64,000 nt of DNA. It comes from Microcoleus sp. Aus8_D2 (GTDB taxonomy: Bacteria > Cyanobacteriota > Cyanobacteriia > Cyanobacteriales > Microcoleaceae). The stretch spans positions 41,769-105,768 of the forward strand of contig NZ_JAUBUN010000017.1 of the NCBI RefSeq assembly GCF_036702665.1, written 5' to 3'. Shown piece after piece: positions 38,279-47,901 of this stretch (position 1 is the stretch's first letter; each line of letters opens with the position of its first letter). The notes under the pieces are model-generated. The model was not told the DNA's origin and did no database searches. It was given only the letters and a program-made list of their open reading frames with translations. The position numbers were made by a program, and so were the translations under genes.

Positions 38279-39676
38279 ATGACTGACCAGCCGCGCACTC
38301 GCCAGGAATTGTACGATCGCATCCGTTCTAGCAGCAAACAAGAATTCATTCTCGAAGAAATGATCCGCCTCGGTTTCTGGCCCGCACAAGGCGAAATTCC
38401 CCAAGATCCGGCCGACGAAATTCGCCGCATCGGGGAAATTCAGCGAGAACTAGGCGAACTGCGCAGGGAAAGTTCGCGGCTGCAAAACGAGAAAGCACTC
38501 CGCAAGGAAATGCTGCAACAGCGGCTTGCCGAATCCCGGCGCAAACGGCAGGAAACTAAGGAACGCCGGGAAAGAGAACGGCAAGAACGCGCTGAGAATT
38601 GGCGGCAAAAAAAACAGCAAGAAATTAGCTATCTCGGTGACGGTGTATCTGCGGGACTCGATCGCACAAACGGCAATGTAGAACGCTTGCAAAGCTATCA
38701 GTTACCGCTTGGCAATACAGCAGCAGAAATAGCAGCGGCGATGGACATCAGCATCGGACAATTGCGGTTTCTCGCTTTTTCCCGCAAAACTTCCCATATT
38801 TCCCACTACATCCGGTTTAAAATACCCAAGAAAACTGGCGGAGAAAGACTCATTTCCGCACCGATGCCCCGCCTCAAAAAAGCACAGCACTGGATACTTG
38901 CCAACATTCTCGAAAAACTCGAATTGCACGGCGCGGCACAGGGTTTTCGATCGCATCATTCAATTGTCACCAACGCTCAACCTCATGTAGGTTCGGAAGT
39001 TATTATCAACTTCGACCTAAAAGACTTTTTTCCCTCAATTTCGTACAGGCGAGTTAAGGGGCTTTTTCAATCTTTTGGATATTCCGAAGCTGGCGCCACA
39101 ATCTTCGGATTGTTGTGTACGGAACCGGAGGTTGAAGAATTGGAATTAGACGGCAAAACTTACTTTGTCGCAGTTACAGAACGCCATTTGCCCCAAGGTT
39201 CTCCCGCAAGTCCAGCGATTACTAATTTGCTGTGCCGCCGCCTCGACAAGCGCTTAACTCAAATGGCTCAGGAATTGGGATTTGTTTACACCCGCTACGC
39301 TGACGATTTGACATTTTCGGCATCGGGAGACAGCTTGCAAAACATTTGTAACGTACTCAGGCGCACGGAGGCGATCGTTATTCATGAAGGATTTAGCATT
39401 AACGAACAAAAGACTCGGATATTGCGAAAAAATCGGCAACAAGAAGTTACGGGAATAGTGGTCAACGAGCAACTGAGTATTTCCAAGAAAGTGTTAAAAC
39501 GCTTCCGCGCAGCTTTATTTCAAATCCAGAAAGACGGGCCTGAGGGGAAGCGGTGGGGGAATTCGACTGATGTTTTAGCATCGATTCAAGGTTTTGCTAA
39601 CTTTGTAGCAATGGTAAATCCCGAGAAAGGTGCAGAATTTATCGAACAGGTGAAAGCCATTAAAAATAAATGGTAA
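38279..39676 (+). CDS. ret: Retron-type reverse transcriptase with ~150-aa N-terminal coiled-coil extension (465 aa)
   Basis: Alignable to retron-Ec86 RT: KIPKKTGGERLISAP (motif 1/2), HHSIVTNAQPHVGSEVIINFDLKDFFPSI (NAxxH + motif A), LPQGSPASPAITNL (B'), YTRYADDLTFS (C) and QQEVTGIVVN (retron VTG motif). The core equals residues ~140-465. Five copies of the octamer AAAATC(C/T) sit directly upstream of the ATG. Confidence 0.85.
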   Translation: MTDQPRTRQELYDRIRSSSKQEFILEEMIRLGFWPAQGEIPQDPADEIRRIGEIQRELGELRRESSRLQNEKALRKEMLQQRLAESRRKRQETKERRERERQERAENWRQKKQQEISYLGDGVSAGLDRTNGNVERLQSYQLPLGNTAAEIAAAMDISIGQLRFLAFSRKTSHISHYIRFKIPKKTGGERLISAPMPRLKKAQHWILANILEKLELHGAAQGFRSHHSIVTNAQPHVGSEVIINFDLKDFFPSISYRRVKGLFQSFGYSEAGATIFGLLCTEPEVEELELDGKTYFVAVTERHLPQGSPASPAITNLLCRRLDKRLTQMAQELGFVYTRYADDLTFSASGDSLQNICNVLRRTEAIVIHEGFSINEQKTRILRKNRQQEVTGIVVNEQLSISKKVLKRFRAALFQIQKDGPEGKRWGNSTDVLASIQGFANFVAMVNPEKGAEFIEQVKAIKNKW

Positions 39677-39748
39677 TATCGCCCTGCTAAATTTTGTAGT
39701 GAGGACTTCAGTCCTCTGTATCGGTGTCTGGGAATCATACCATAGATC

Positions 39749-39862
39749 TCTTGCAAAAGTCTTTTAGATCGAATTTTGGAACGGGCAAGATGCCCATTCC
39801 ACAGAAAAAAATATTTTTGTGGAACGGGCATCTTGCCCGTTCCTAACTATTTTTGCAAGAAG
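39749..39862. other. Structured element downstream of the RT: short inverted repeats (tcttgcaaaag / cttttgcaaga) flanking a ~32-bp-stem hairpin (ggaacgggcaagatgcccattccacagaaaaa / tttttgtggaacgggcatcttgcccgttcc). Candidate ncRNA or dispersed hairpin repeat.
   Basis: Read directly. The hairpin core GGAACGGGCAnnnTGCCCRTTCC is related to the 14547..14700 repeat, so a generic repeat origin is equally plausible. Confidence 0.3.
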
Positions 39863-40052
39863 TCTCATTTATAAAAGTCTTGTTACAACATAATTGTTCG
39901 GTGGAGTGAAACGGAGGGTTGTTGACTTAACCTGGATGCACAGGTGCGGATCTATAGAGATTGTCGATTTTATACAGCATAATTTTTGAGATATCCGCAC
40001 CCTGCGGTTGCTCAAGTCGTGACTGCAAACAAGTTTTATTGTTTGCCTAAAG

Positions 40053-41048
40053 CTACTCTTGCTTTCTCAGAGTAGAAGCTCTTTTAGCGATGCGAATTAA
40101 ATATCTCGGCGACATCTCTTTATCGACAGTAATGCGAGAAATGCGGTAGTTATTTTCCAGTCGGTTTACTCTGAATAAACGGTCATCGTACAAAAAGCCT
40201 GTTAAATGATATTTAGGCAAAATCTGTTCAACTTCCCCGTCTGATGCGCCGTAGGGGTAGGCGATGTGAGCGCCAATTACTTTATTTTTGTCTAAATCTC
40301 CCATACATTTTCTCAATTCTGACTTAGATTTAGCAATTTCAAATTCTAATTCTTTGCCGTTGATTTGAGTTAAGTTTTTGTGAGTAAAGCCGTGAGACTG
40401 AACATCATAAAAACCTTTTTTGTATCCGTCTCTTAAATCATTGCAAGTAGTGTGTGGTAAAAAATCTCTCCCCATATCAACACCTAAAAAGTGCGGGTTG
40501 ACAAATAACACAAATTTCCCTTTTTGTTTGTAACTAAGGGACAGTTTTTCCAAGATAGGAAGTGCATTTTCATGAACGCCTTTATACCCGTCGTCAAAGG
40601 CGATCATAATCGGTTTTTGACCAATTTTTTGAGCTGGTATTGGCTGCGACTTGTCGATAAAGTATACGTACAAGTCTTGAGATGATAACAGCCAATAGTT
40701 TTCTTTAATTAGATATTCTAAAAAAACTGACAAATCTTGTTTTGTGTAGTCAATGGAGAAAGCAAGCCGCTTCGGTGGCAATTCGGCGGGATTTTGAGTG
40801 TCTACAATATCGTGAAAGCCGATTATGGGGATTCTGATGAAATTAGATTCTACTGTCCAGCCAGAAATACCTATACAGATGGTAAATATCAGCAATAAGT
40901 AAATCGGTTTGGCTTTGTGTATCACCCGAAATAGAAATTTTATCATATTTTTTACGTTTTTTAACAATTGTTCGCTCATTGTTTTATTATCAATCTGTGT
41001 GTTCTTCATCTTTACCACTAATAGACCCAAATTCAGCAAGGTTGACAT
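40053..41048 (-). CDS. Polysaccharide deacetylase (NodB homology) family protein with N-terminal TM anchor
   Basis: NodB motifs MIAFDDGYKGV (TFDDG-like) and QSHGFTHKNL (His motif). N-terminal hydrophobic helix PIYLLLIFTICIGISGW. Confidence 0.7.
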   Translation of the reverse strand: MSTLLNLGLLVVKMKNTQIDNKTMSEQLLKNVKNMIKFLFRVIHKAKPIYLLLIFTICIGISGWTVESNFIRIPIIGFHDIVDTQNPAELPPKRLAFSIDYTKQDLSVFLEYLIKENYWLLSSQDLYVYFIDKSQPIPAQKIGQKPIMIAFDDGYKGVHENALPILEKLSLSYKQKGKFVLFVNPHFLGVDMGRDFLPHTTCNDLRDGYKKGFYDVQSHGFTHKNLTQINGKELEFEIAKSKSELRKCMGDLDKNKVIGAHIAYPYGASDGEVEQILPKYHLTGFLYDDRLFRVNRLENNYRISRITVDKEMSPRYLIRIAKRASTLRKQE

Positions 41049-41267
41049 TTTTTTGCTATTTATTTGGAATATAGGTAGAGTGTGTGATGCAGCAGTTGGC
41101 GCAGCTATCGAAGAGGAGGGCTGCGATCGCTAAGGAAGAGTGAGCCAAATTGAGTGCCAGGGCCGACAATGCGCTATAATCGGGGCTGGCGCGAGTGTTA
41201 CCGCCGTCGATTGAGGGTTGCAATGCCAGAAATCCGTTGACGAGTACGCGAAGGTCGATCGTACTTT

Positions 41268-41717
41268 TTGGAAATATCAGAGCAATTCATGTCTACTCAA
41301 AACCAGACTACCCTAACTGTAGAAGCAGCACAGCAAATCCTCAAGGATTTTACTTGTCTGGATATGCAATCTGTAGCATCGCCGCTGGAAAAACAGGCGC
41401 TGCGTGAAGCGATTTTGCTGGTAGCAAGTTTGTCCGATTACCAAATGCTGGGTGTTTGTGCGACTTCCACGGATGAGGGTTTTGCTGCTTTAGCAACTTA
41501 TTTGAAGGCTTTGGGATATCAAGCTGTCTTAGATCCAAGTGCTTTTGCTGCATTTACTGGTTCGGTTTATATTAAGTTCAATACTTTGAAGGGTTCGTAT
41601 TATGTTGATGGTTATCCCGGAACTTATCGAGGCGTGTTAATATCCTGCCAATTTTCCTCGGAAGATGGAGTTAGCGGGACTTACGGTCATTTACCTCTCG
41701 ATTTGTTTGTTGATTAA
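41268..41717 (+). CDS. Conserved hypothetical protein (possibly DUF1824-like)
   Basis: ORF with reasonable composition. Domain assignment uncertain. STRR octamer array begins right after its stop. Confidence 0.4.
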   Translation: MEISEQFMSTQNQTTLTVEAAQQILKDFTCLDMQSVASPLEKQALREAILLVASLSDYQMLGVCATSTDEGFAALATYLKALGYQAVLDPSAFAAFTGSVYIKFNTLKGSYYVDGYPGTYRGVLISCQFSSEDGVSGTYGHLPLDLFVD

Positions 41718-41721
41718 TTCG

Positions 41722-41812
41722 GAATGGGGAATTGGGCATGGGGCATGGGGCATGGGGCATGGGGAATTGGGCATGGGGGATGGGGCATTGGGCATTGGGA
41801 ATGGGGAATCAA
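41722..41812. repeat. STRR octamer array (GGGCATGG / GGGAATTG variants x ~11)
   Basis: ggggaattgggcatggggcatggggcatggggcatggggaattgggcatgggggatggggcattgggcattgggaatggggaatc. Confidence 0.9.
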
Positions 41813-41903
41813 CTTCACTATTACAGTTAATGTAGAGTGCGTTAGCAAAGAGCCTACCGATTAAATCGACAATAATGCCTGACGCACCCTACAAAAAAAG
41901 AGA

Positions 41904-43331
41904 TTAACCTTGACCTATGATTAATTCTGGCTGTGATTCTAGTGCGGTTTGTTCTGGTGGGATTCCCAAAATATCGCTGTACAAGTTGACATATTTTATG
42001 GCAGAAATATCCCAGCCAAAATCTTCTTTCATGCCGCGTTTTTGCAGTTCTTTCCACTTATCTTTGTAGCGGAAACCTTCCCAGGTTCGGATCATGCAGG
42101 TGAACAAGTCGAGGGGTTCGTAGCGATCGAAACAGTAGCCTGTGCCGGTATCATTAATCGGGTCGTTGTGAGATACGGTATCGACTAAACCGCCCGTGCG
42201 GCGCACCATGGGGACGCAGCCGTAGCGGAGGGCGAGCATTTGGCTGATGCCGCAGGGCTCGAAACGGCTGGGCATTAGGAAGGTGTCGCAGCCTGCGTAA
42301 ATGCGCCGGGAGAGGGCGTCGTTGTAGAGTAATTGGGTGGACATCCGGCCGGGATAGCGGGCGGTCATTTGCCAGAGTTGGGTTTCGTAGTAGCGATCGC
42401 CAGTTCCGAGTACAATAAACTGAGCGTCGGTATAGGCCATGAAGCGATCGAGCATTTGAATGATCAAATCCAATCCCTTCTGTTCTACCAGCCGCGTGAC
42501 CATGCCGATTAACAGGGCATTTTTATTCACTTCCAAACCGACTTCTTCTTGCAGCGCGATCTTGTTGGCTGGGCGTTTTTCAATAGTATCAACACTAAAT
42601 TGTTGATGGAGGTATCTGTCAGTTTCTGGGTTGTAAGATTCTGTATCAATTCCGTTCAAAATGCCTGATACTTTGCCGCCGAGGAAAGATAGCAAACCTT
42701 CCAAAGTTTCCCCGTAAGCTGGGGTTTTGATTTGTTCGGCGTAGGTGGGCGAAACTGTATTTACGCGATCGGCAAACTGTACTGCCGCAGCCATTGTATT
42801 GTGACCTTGCATATACCAAGGACACCAAGTCATCTGCTCCAAACGCCAGCGCCACGGCCCTTGATAAGCTAAATTGTGAATAGTAAAAACCGTGCTGATA
42901 TCGGGGTCTTGGCTCATCCAAACAGGTATCATCCCCGTATGCCAATCGTGACAGTGCATAATTTGGGGTTTCCAGTGATTCCAGGCAAATTCAGCAGCAG
43001 TATTAGCAAAGAAAGTGAATCTCCAATCTTCATCGACGCCGCCGTAAACGCGGCGGGGTAAGAAAGATGGATGTTGCATTAAGTATAAAGGTACATCCGT
43101 GCCCGGCAAAACACTTTCAAAGACGGAGAAGCTTTGGAACATGGCCTCCCCATTCCAAACGGGTTTTTTGGGAACGTCCATTTTGTCGGGGATGAAGCCG
43201 TAGTAGGGCATGAAGATGCGGACATCGTGACCCATGCGGCGCAGAAATTTAGGCAAAGCGCCGACGACATCGCCCATACCGCCTACTTTGGCTAGGGGTG
43301 CTGCTTCGGCGGATACAAATAAAATGCGCAT
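41904..43331 (-). CDS. glgA: Glycogen synthase (ADP-glucose type)
   Basis: [30 protein letters not shown] (KVGG motif), GT5 + GT1 domains, 475 aa. Confidence 0.9.
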   Translation of the reverse strand: MRILFVSAEAAPLAKVGGMGDVVGALPKFLRRMGHDVRIFMPYYGFIPDKMDVPKKPVWNGEAMFQSFSVFESVLPGTDVPLYLMQHPSFLPRRVYGGVDEDWRFTFFANTAAEFAWNHWKPQIMHCHDWHTGMIPVWMSQDPDISTVFTIHNLAYQGPWRWRLEQMTWCPWYMQGHNTMAAAVQFADRVNTVSPTYAEQIKTPAYGETLEGLLSFLGGKVSGILNGIDTESYNPETDRYLHQQFSVDTIEKRPANKIALQEEVGLEVNKNALLIGMVTRLVEQKGLDLIIQMLDRFMAYTDAQFIVLGTGDRYYETQLWQMTARYPGRMSTQLLYNDALSRRIYAGCDTFLMPSRFEPCGISQMLALRYGCVPMVRRTGGLVDTVSHNDPINDTGTGYCFDRYEPLDLFTCMIRTWEGFRYKDKWKELQKRGMKEDFGWDISAIKYVNLYSDILGIPPEQTALESQPELIIGQG

Positions 43332-43550
43332 TATTTTTTTGTGTTCCTTGGGATAGTTAGTCTAGATCAAGTTTAAATGGCGAGGGACACAATATTAACG
43401 CGGTGTGCAAAAAAAACGGAGATACCTACGAAGAAGCTCTCAAGAATGCACTAGAGGTATAAGAGCTTTTAGTCGAAGAATATCAGGTAGACCGTAAATC
43501 TCTCTCAAAACCTAAAACGATCGCAGAAAACCTACTATTTGCTTGAACCG

Positions 43551-43576
43551 CGATAAAAGGGCGATCGCCTTTTTAT
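43551..43576. terminator. HIP1 palindrome hairpin (aaaagggcgatcgccttttt) with flanking T/A runs, candidate terminator for the MVP gene
   Basis: Located ~110 bp past the MVP stop on the minus strand. Symmetric, so it could act in either direction. Confidence 0.35.
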
Positions 43577-43681
43577 CCATCCACGTCCATCTGCGGTAAA
43601 AAAAAGAGCGTGAAGCGCAGCTATCGTCCGCTGGAATCGCCCCCAAGGAAAAACCGAACTTAGCATTGAGAATTAACCTAT

Positions 43682-46318
43682 TTAATTCCCCGGCAATTGC
43701 TGATTCTGGGCCACAGAACCAATCAAACCCAGAGCCGTGCTAAATAAATTAATCGGATTTTTGCCATCAGTAATTAACACACTTTGAAGTCCCAACGACT
43801 GCAAAAGTTTAGCCTGCATTTCCGGCCCCGCTTGTGCCATTGCTTTCAAAGTTTCCGGCCCGATCGCCTCTACTTTTTGACTAAATTCCGCACTGGTAAT
43901 TTCCGCCATCCGCTGCGCTTTCTCAATTTCCAAATTATTCAACATTTGTTGGTGCGCTAATTCTGCCTCCTGTTTGGCTATCATTTGCGCCAATTCTCCC
44001 TCAGCGCGAATTCTGGTCGCCTCCGCTTCTTGCTGTGCCAAATTCACTGCTAATTCACCTTGAATTATAGCAGATTCTGCCTTCGCTCTCGCTTCTGCTG
44101 TAGCGTGTCCAGTAGATTCGATTGCCGCATTTTCTGCCTGCAATTCTAACAGTTTTTTGCGTTCGGATTCTGCCGCACTTCTATCTACAATTGCTTGGCG
44201 TTCCAGTCTAGCTTTTGCCTCTTGTTCGATTCTGGCTGCATCGTGTCGCGCGGCAGCTTCTTGAGCATCGGTGGTAATTTGAATGGCAATTTGCACCGAC
44301 TTTTGCAAACTTTTTAAAGTTGCTTCATCGATGGGTTCCACTGACTGAATGTCAATGTTAGTGATGACTAAACCATTGGTTTTAAACCGGAATTCATCGC
44401 CGATGCGACCTTCCTCACCTATCCCAAATACAGCCTGACGGATAATTCGCGCCGAATTTCGGTGAAACTCGTCAAATTTTTCGCCCGCGACTGAACCCCG
44501 CACCCGAGATGCGATCGCCTTACAAGCATCTCCTACAAAATCCGGCACTTGAAACAGTTTCGCCGCCGCTTGTTCGTCGTGGCGATCGACATCAAAATAC
44601 CAGTTATAAGATAGCTTAATTTGCAATCGAGCGTGGTCAGAGGTTTCCACTGTAAAAACATCAGTCATAAAATCCGGCCCTAACAATAATGCCAAAGATT
44701 TAATTGTATTCGGCCGTTTTGGTTTCCCTGCTGATAAACGGAGAACTGTAAATGCTTCGTCGGGGCCAAGCATCACTAAATCCGGCCCGAATATAGTGCG
44801 TGCAGTTCGATTTTTGTAGTCATGAATTTGCACTACTGAATTTTGAGGAACGTGATAGACAACTGCTTTGGTTCGATCCCGAACTAGAACGGTTCCTGGT
44901 GTTTCTTCAGAACGTACCAAACCGCGATCGAACATCCGATCGCTCTTTTGCGCTAACAATTCTTCAACAACTGCGGGTAATTCTTTTTCCCAAAGTTGTT
45001 CGTAGGGAGTCAACATATATGCCTGCGGCCCGCCAACTAATTTGAGTTCTCCTGTTTGGATGTCCCGCACGTAAATGCCTTCATTCTTATCCAAAGGAAT
45101 AGCTTTGCGCTTTTCCACGACTTCTACTTCAACGCGGGGAATGTAATCTCGCGGCCCGGAAATCATCCACAAATCACCCGGCTGGTGAGAGATTAAATTG
45201 TCGCTTTCACCTTCATCAAAAGCTTCTCTTGCTCTCAATAACAGCGCTTCTTGTTCGCTGAGAACGTAGACTTTTTGAATGCCTCCTTCTAAAGATTCAC
45301 CTGGGTGCAGGAAAAAAGAAGCTCTTCCCTGACGGACTTCTTTCATTCCCAACTGCGGTTTGTGTTCTGCATCGATCGGATCGAGGACAATGCACCATTC
45401 GCGATCGCTCAAAGTTGTAATCTCTACTTCTCCTACAACTTCTTCATACACGTCGGGAATGTGAATTTCTGCATCTTCGATCGTCACCAACCATTCATCG
45501 CCCGCTTTTCTTTGCCGTCCGAAGATATCAGAAAAAGTCCGTTTCGCCTTCAAATGCAGAGCTTTCCGTTCCGTTAAAACGCAACCATTAATTACGCCGA
45601 CAACCTCTTCATCTACTCCAGGTAAATAAGCGCCTTCTTCTCTCACCAACCATTCCTCACCAGCGCGGCGGCGATTTCCTTGTCTGTCAGTACAAGATTG
45701 TCGCGTTATCAATCGCAAGGCTTGATTGGCTTTGATTACTTGAGATCTAACTATTTCTACAACTTCAACCTCCACACGGGGGAGATAAGTTCCCGGCCCT
45801 TCAAACAGCCATTCATCGCCAGCTAAACGGTTAATTGTTTGAGTCTGGGATTGTGCTTGTTCGCCCCTCGCCACAGGGGAACTATCCGCAAAATCTCGCA
45901 GTGCTTTGAGACGCAGTGCTTGATTAGTTTCCACTACTTGCAAGCGGGTAACATCTCCTGCCAATTCTTCCCCAGGATATAGCGGAAAAGGTTCTTGAGC
46001 GAAGCGAATTTCTGCGTCGCCGTACCGCAGTTTAATTTGTCCGTGAGGGTCAGCAATTGGTTGATTTTCTTGATTTCGCAGCACGGGATTGACAACAATG
46101 CAATAGTGGCGCGGCGGCACAACAATCATCGGTTCGGGCTTTAAAATTAAGCGTTCGTGGTCGCGCAATGTAATTGTTTGCGGCCCAACTTCCTGTTTGG
46201 TAACGCCAGTATTGTTGTCGAGAACATGAATGAATTGCTGGGGCTTTAGGCGAATTACGCCGCCAGAAATTCCGAGCGTGTCAGCTTTACTTTCACGTTT
46301 GAGTTCGCTTGTATTCAT
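43682..46318 (-). CDS. Major vault protein (MVP) homolog, 878 aa
   Basis: About nine tandem ~53-aa vault repeats (recurring ...GPxTYxPxxxEEVVxxxxAxxLxxxxALxLxAxxxF... e.g. [43 protein letters not shown]). SPFH/band-7-like shoulder region follows, then an Ala/Glu-rich cap-helix coiled coil ([24 protein letters not shown]...). Length matches eukaryotic MVP. Confidence 0.75.
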   Translation of the reverse strand: MNTSELKRESKADTLGISGGVIRLKPQQFIHVLDNNTGVTKQEVGPQTITLRDHERLILKPEPMIVVPPRHYCIVVNPVLRNQENQPIADPHGQIKLRYGDAEIRFAQEPFPLYPGEELAGDVTRLQVVETNQALRLKALRDFADSSPVARGEQAQSQTQTINRLAGDEWLFEGPGTYLPRVEVEVVEIVRSQVIKANQALRLITRQSCTDRQGNRRRAGEEWLVREEGAYLPGVDEEVVGVINGCVLTERKALHLKAKRTFSDIFGRQRKAGDEWLVTIEDAEIHIPDVYEEVVGEVEITTLSDREWCIVLDPIDAEHKPQLGMKEVRQGRASFFLHPGESLEGGIQKVYVLSEQEALLLRAREAFDEGESDNLISHQPGDLWMISGPRDYIPRVEVEVVEKRKAIPLDKNEGIYVRDIQTGELKLVGGPQAYMLTPYEQLWEKELPAVVEELLAQKSDRMFDRGLVRSEETPGTVLVRDRTKAVVYHVPQNSVVQIHDYKNRTARTIFGPDLVMLGPDEAFTVLRLSAGKPKRPNTIKSLALLLGPDFMTDVFTVETSDHARLQIKLSYNWYFDVDRHDEQAAAKLFQVPDFVGDACKAIASRVRGSVAGEKFDEFHRNSARIIRQAVFGIGEEGRIGDEFRFKTNGLVITNIDIQSVEPIDEATLKSLQKSVQIAIQITTDAQEAAARHDAARIEQEAKARLERQAIVDRSAAESERKKLLELQAENAAIESTGHATAEARAKAESAIIQGELAVNLAQQEAEATRIRAEGELAQMIAKQEAELAHQQMLNNLEIEKAQRMAEITSAEFSQKVEAIGPETLKAMAQAGPEMQAKLLQSLGLQSVLITDGKNPINLFSTALGLIGSVAQNQQLPGN

Positions 46319-46544
46319 GATTTTAATAGTTAGCTATGTGTATGCAGCCTTGCGGCCGATTAAGATGCGACTGACACGAGTACGGTACTTTAGATGCGTT
46401 AAGTTATGTCGATCCTAATCGCTCTTTGCTAGTTGTTAAAAACTTGTAATATATTTTAAAATGTTGCAGTAAAAAAATGAAGCTACTGCAAAAATTAATA
46501 ATAGGTAATGGGTAATTTGAAAGTATTGAATAATGACTGCTGAC

Positions 46545-46680
46545 TGCTGATAACAATCAACAATCAACAGTCAACAGTCAATAGCTAACAATTAACAATT
46601 ATAGCCGTTATCAAAAAAGTGAGGTATGCCCACGGAGGCCACGGAGGCCACGGAGGCCACGGAGGCCACGGAGGCCATGA
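46545..46680. repeat. STRR block: heptamers (CAATCAA/CAGTCAA x ~6) followed by nonamer GGCCACGGA x 5
   Basis: caatcaacaatcaacagtcaacagtcaatagctaacaatta and ccacggaggccacggaggccacggaggccacggaggccacggaggcc, read directly. Confidence 0.9.
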
Positions 46681-46714
46681 GTACCTCATCTTTCGCTGGA
46701 AAGGCTATAACTGA

Positions 46715-47554
46715 CTATTCCTCATCAGGCTCACCCTCAAAAGTTTCTTCAAATCCAGCTAAAAAGTCATCCAAAGCAACGGAGGCGATCGCCAAATTAA
46801 TACTATCAGCATCTTCCAACCCCCACGTATTCACCCCAACAACTTGACCGGCCATATTAATCAACGGGCCGCCCGAATTTCCCGGATTAATCGCCGCATC
46901 AGTTTGCAACACCTTCACCTCAGCAATATCATCATCATCTTCGTCGCCTTCCTCATACTCATCGGGTTCGCGAATTTCACTAATAATACCCTGAGTTACC
47001 GTTGCCGCCAACTGGCCCAAAGGATTTCCCACAGCAATTACTCGATCGCCAACTTTCACATCAAAAGACAACTCTAGGGGAGGATATTCTTCGGGAGATT
47101 CTACTTGTTCTCCTGTTTTCGGATCGATGATAAAACCAGTAATCAAAAGCAATGCTAAATCCTCTTCCGCATTACCAGTAAATACCACCTCTGCCATTCT
47201 CAACTTTCCGTCGTGAGTTTCGACTAAAACCTGTTCGACTTCATCTTCCTCGTAGAAGTAATCTTCATCGGCAATATCTTCGACAACGTGATAGTTAGTG
47301 ACAATTATGTCGGGGGATACAAAAAAGCCGCTTCCGGAGGAAATCTCTTCTCCTGTATCCCAATCCATCACGTAAACTGAAACTACCGAGGGCAAGACTT
47401 GCTCGACTACATCGGAAAAGTTTCCCGTCTGGCTTTTAAACTCTTTCAATTGCTGCTGCAAAGCTTTTCGATCTGCCTGCATTTTGCGATAAAGTTGCTG
47501 AAATTTTGCCAATTCTAGCTTTAATTGAGTTTCCTGAGCGCTCATATTTTGCAT
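46715..47554 (-). CDS. Trypsin-like (S1/HtrA-type) serine peptidase domain protein with N-terminal coiled coil and acidic inserts, no PDZ
   Basis: Catalytic triad context: TNYHVV (His), DLALL (Asp), GNSGGPLIN (Ser). Same strand and immediately upstream of the MVP gene. Confidence 0.7.
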   Translation of the reverse strand: MQNMSAQETQLKLELAKFQQLYRKMQADRKALQQQLKEFKSQTGNFSDVVEQVLPSVVSVYVMDWDTGEEISSGSGFFVSPDIIVTNYHVVEDIADEDYFYEEDEVEQVLVETHDGKLRMAEVVFTGNAEEDLALLLITGFIIDPKTGEQVESPEEYPPLELSFDVKVGDRVIAVGNPLGQLAATVTQGIISEIREPDEYEEGDEDDDDIAEVKVLQTDAAINPGNSGGPLINMAGQVVGVNTWGLEDADSINLAIASVALDDFLAGFEETFEGEPDEE

Positions 47555-47633
47555 TTCCCTGAAATAGGTTGCTGGTTTATTGTCGAGGTTTGATTGTAGA
47601 TTTTGGGTTGGTATATTGACTATCGGGGTGATG

Positions 47634-47725
47634 CAAAGAAACCCGGTTTCTACGAAAAATCCTGGGCTTTACAGCAAGGCATCCATCCATAAACCGGGTT
47701 TCTCAACACCCGTGCGGAGCGTCCT
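47634..47725. repeat. MITE-like element, copy D
   Basis: caaagaaacccggtttctacgaaaaatcctgggctttacagcaaggcatccatccataaaccgggtttctcaacacccgtgcggagcgtcc. Shares terminal ccgtgcg..gcgtcc with copies A and E. Confidence 0.6.
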
Positions 47726-47901
47726 AAATTAGTCAGATATTTGTGAAATCGGCAATTTTATTTTAAATCACCATCTATCTAAAATCTACAATCAGACTGC
47801 TATTGTACCTGTGAAAGCAAAAGAAAACCGCCAATTATTTTTATTTTACAAAAGGCGATGTTTCGGGTCTCAAAGCATTGACAAATAGATGCCGATCGCA
47901 T

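Noticed and set aside
38279-38735. Possibility that the first ~150 codons of the RT ORF are actually the retron msr/msd rather than coding
   Set aside because: The translated sequence is protein-like with amphipathic helices and normal hydrophobic periodicity, and I found no long inverted repeats there. Kept as coding, but an alternative start at ATG 38735 (MDISIGQ) should be tested.
41092-41125. Partial copy of the 41-bp IR motif (ggcgcagctatcgaagagg)
   Set aside because: Only a 12-nt identical core. Insufficient to claim a third IR copy.
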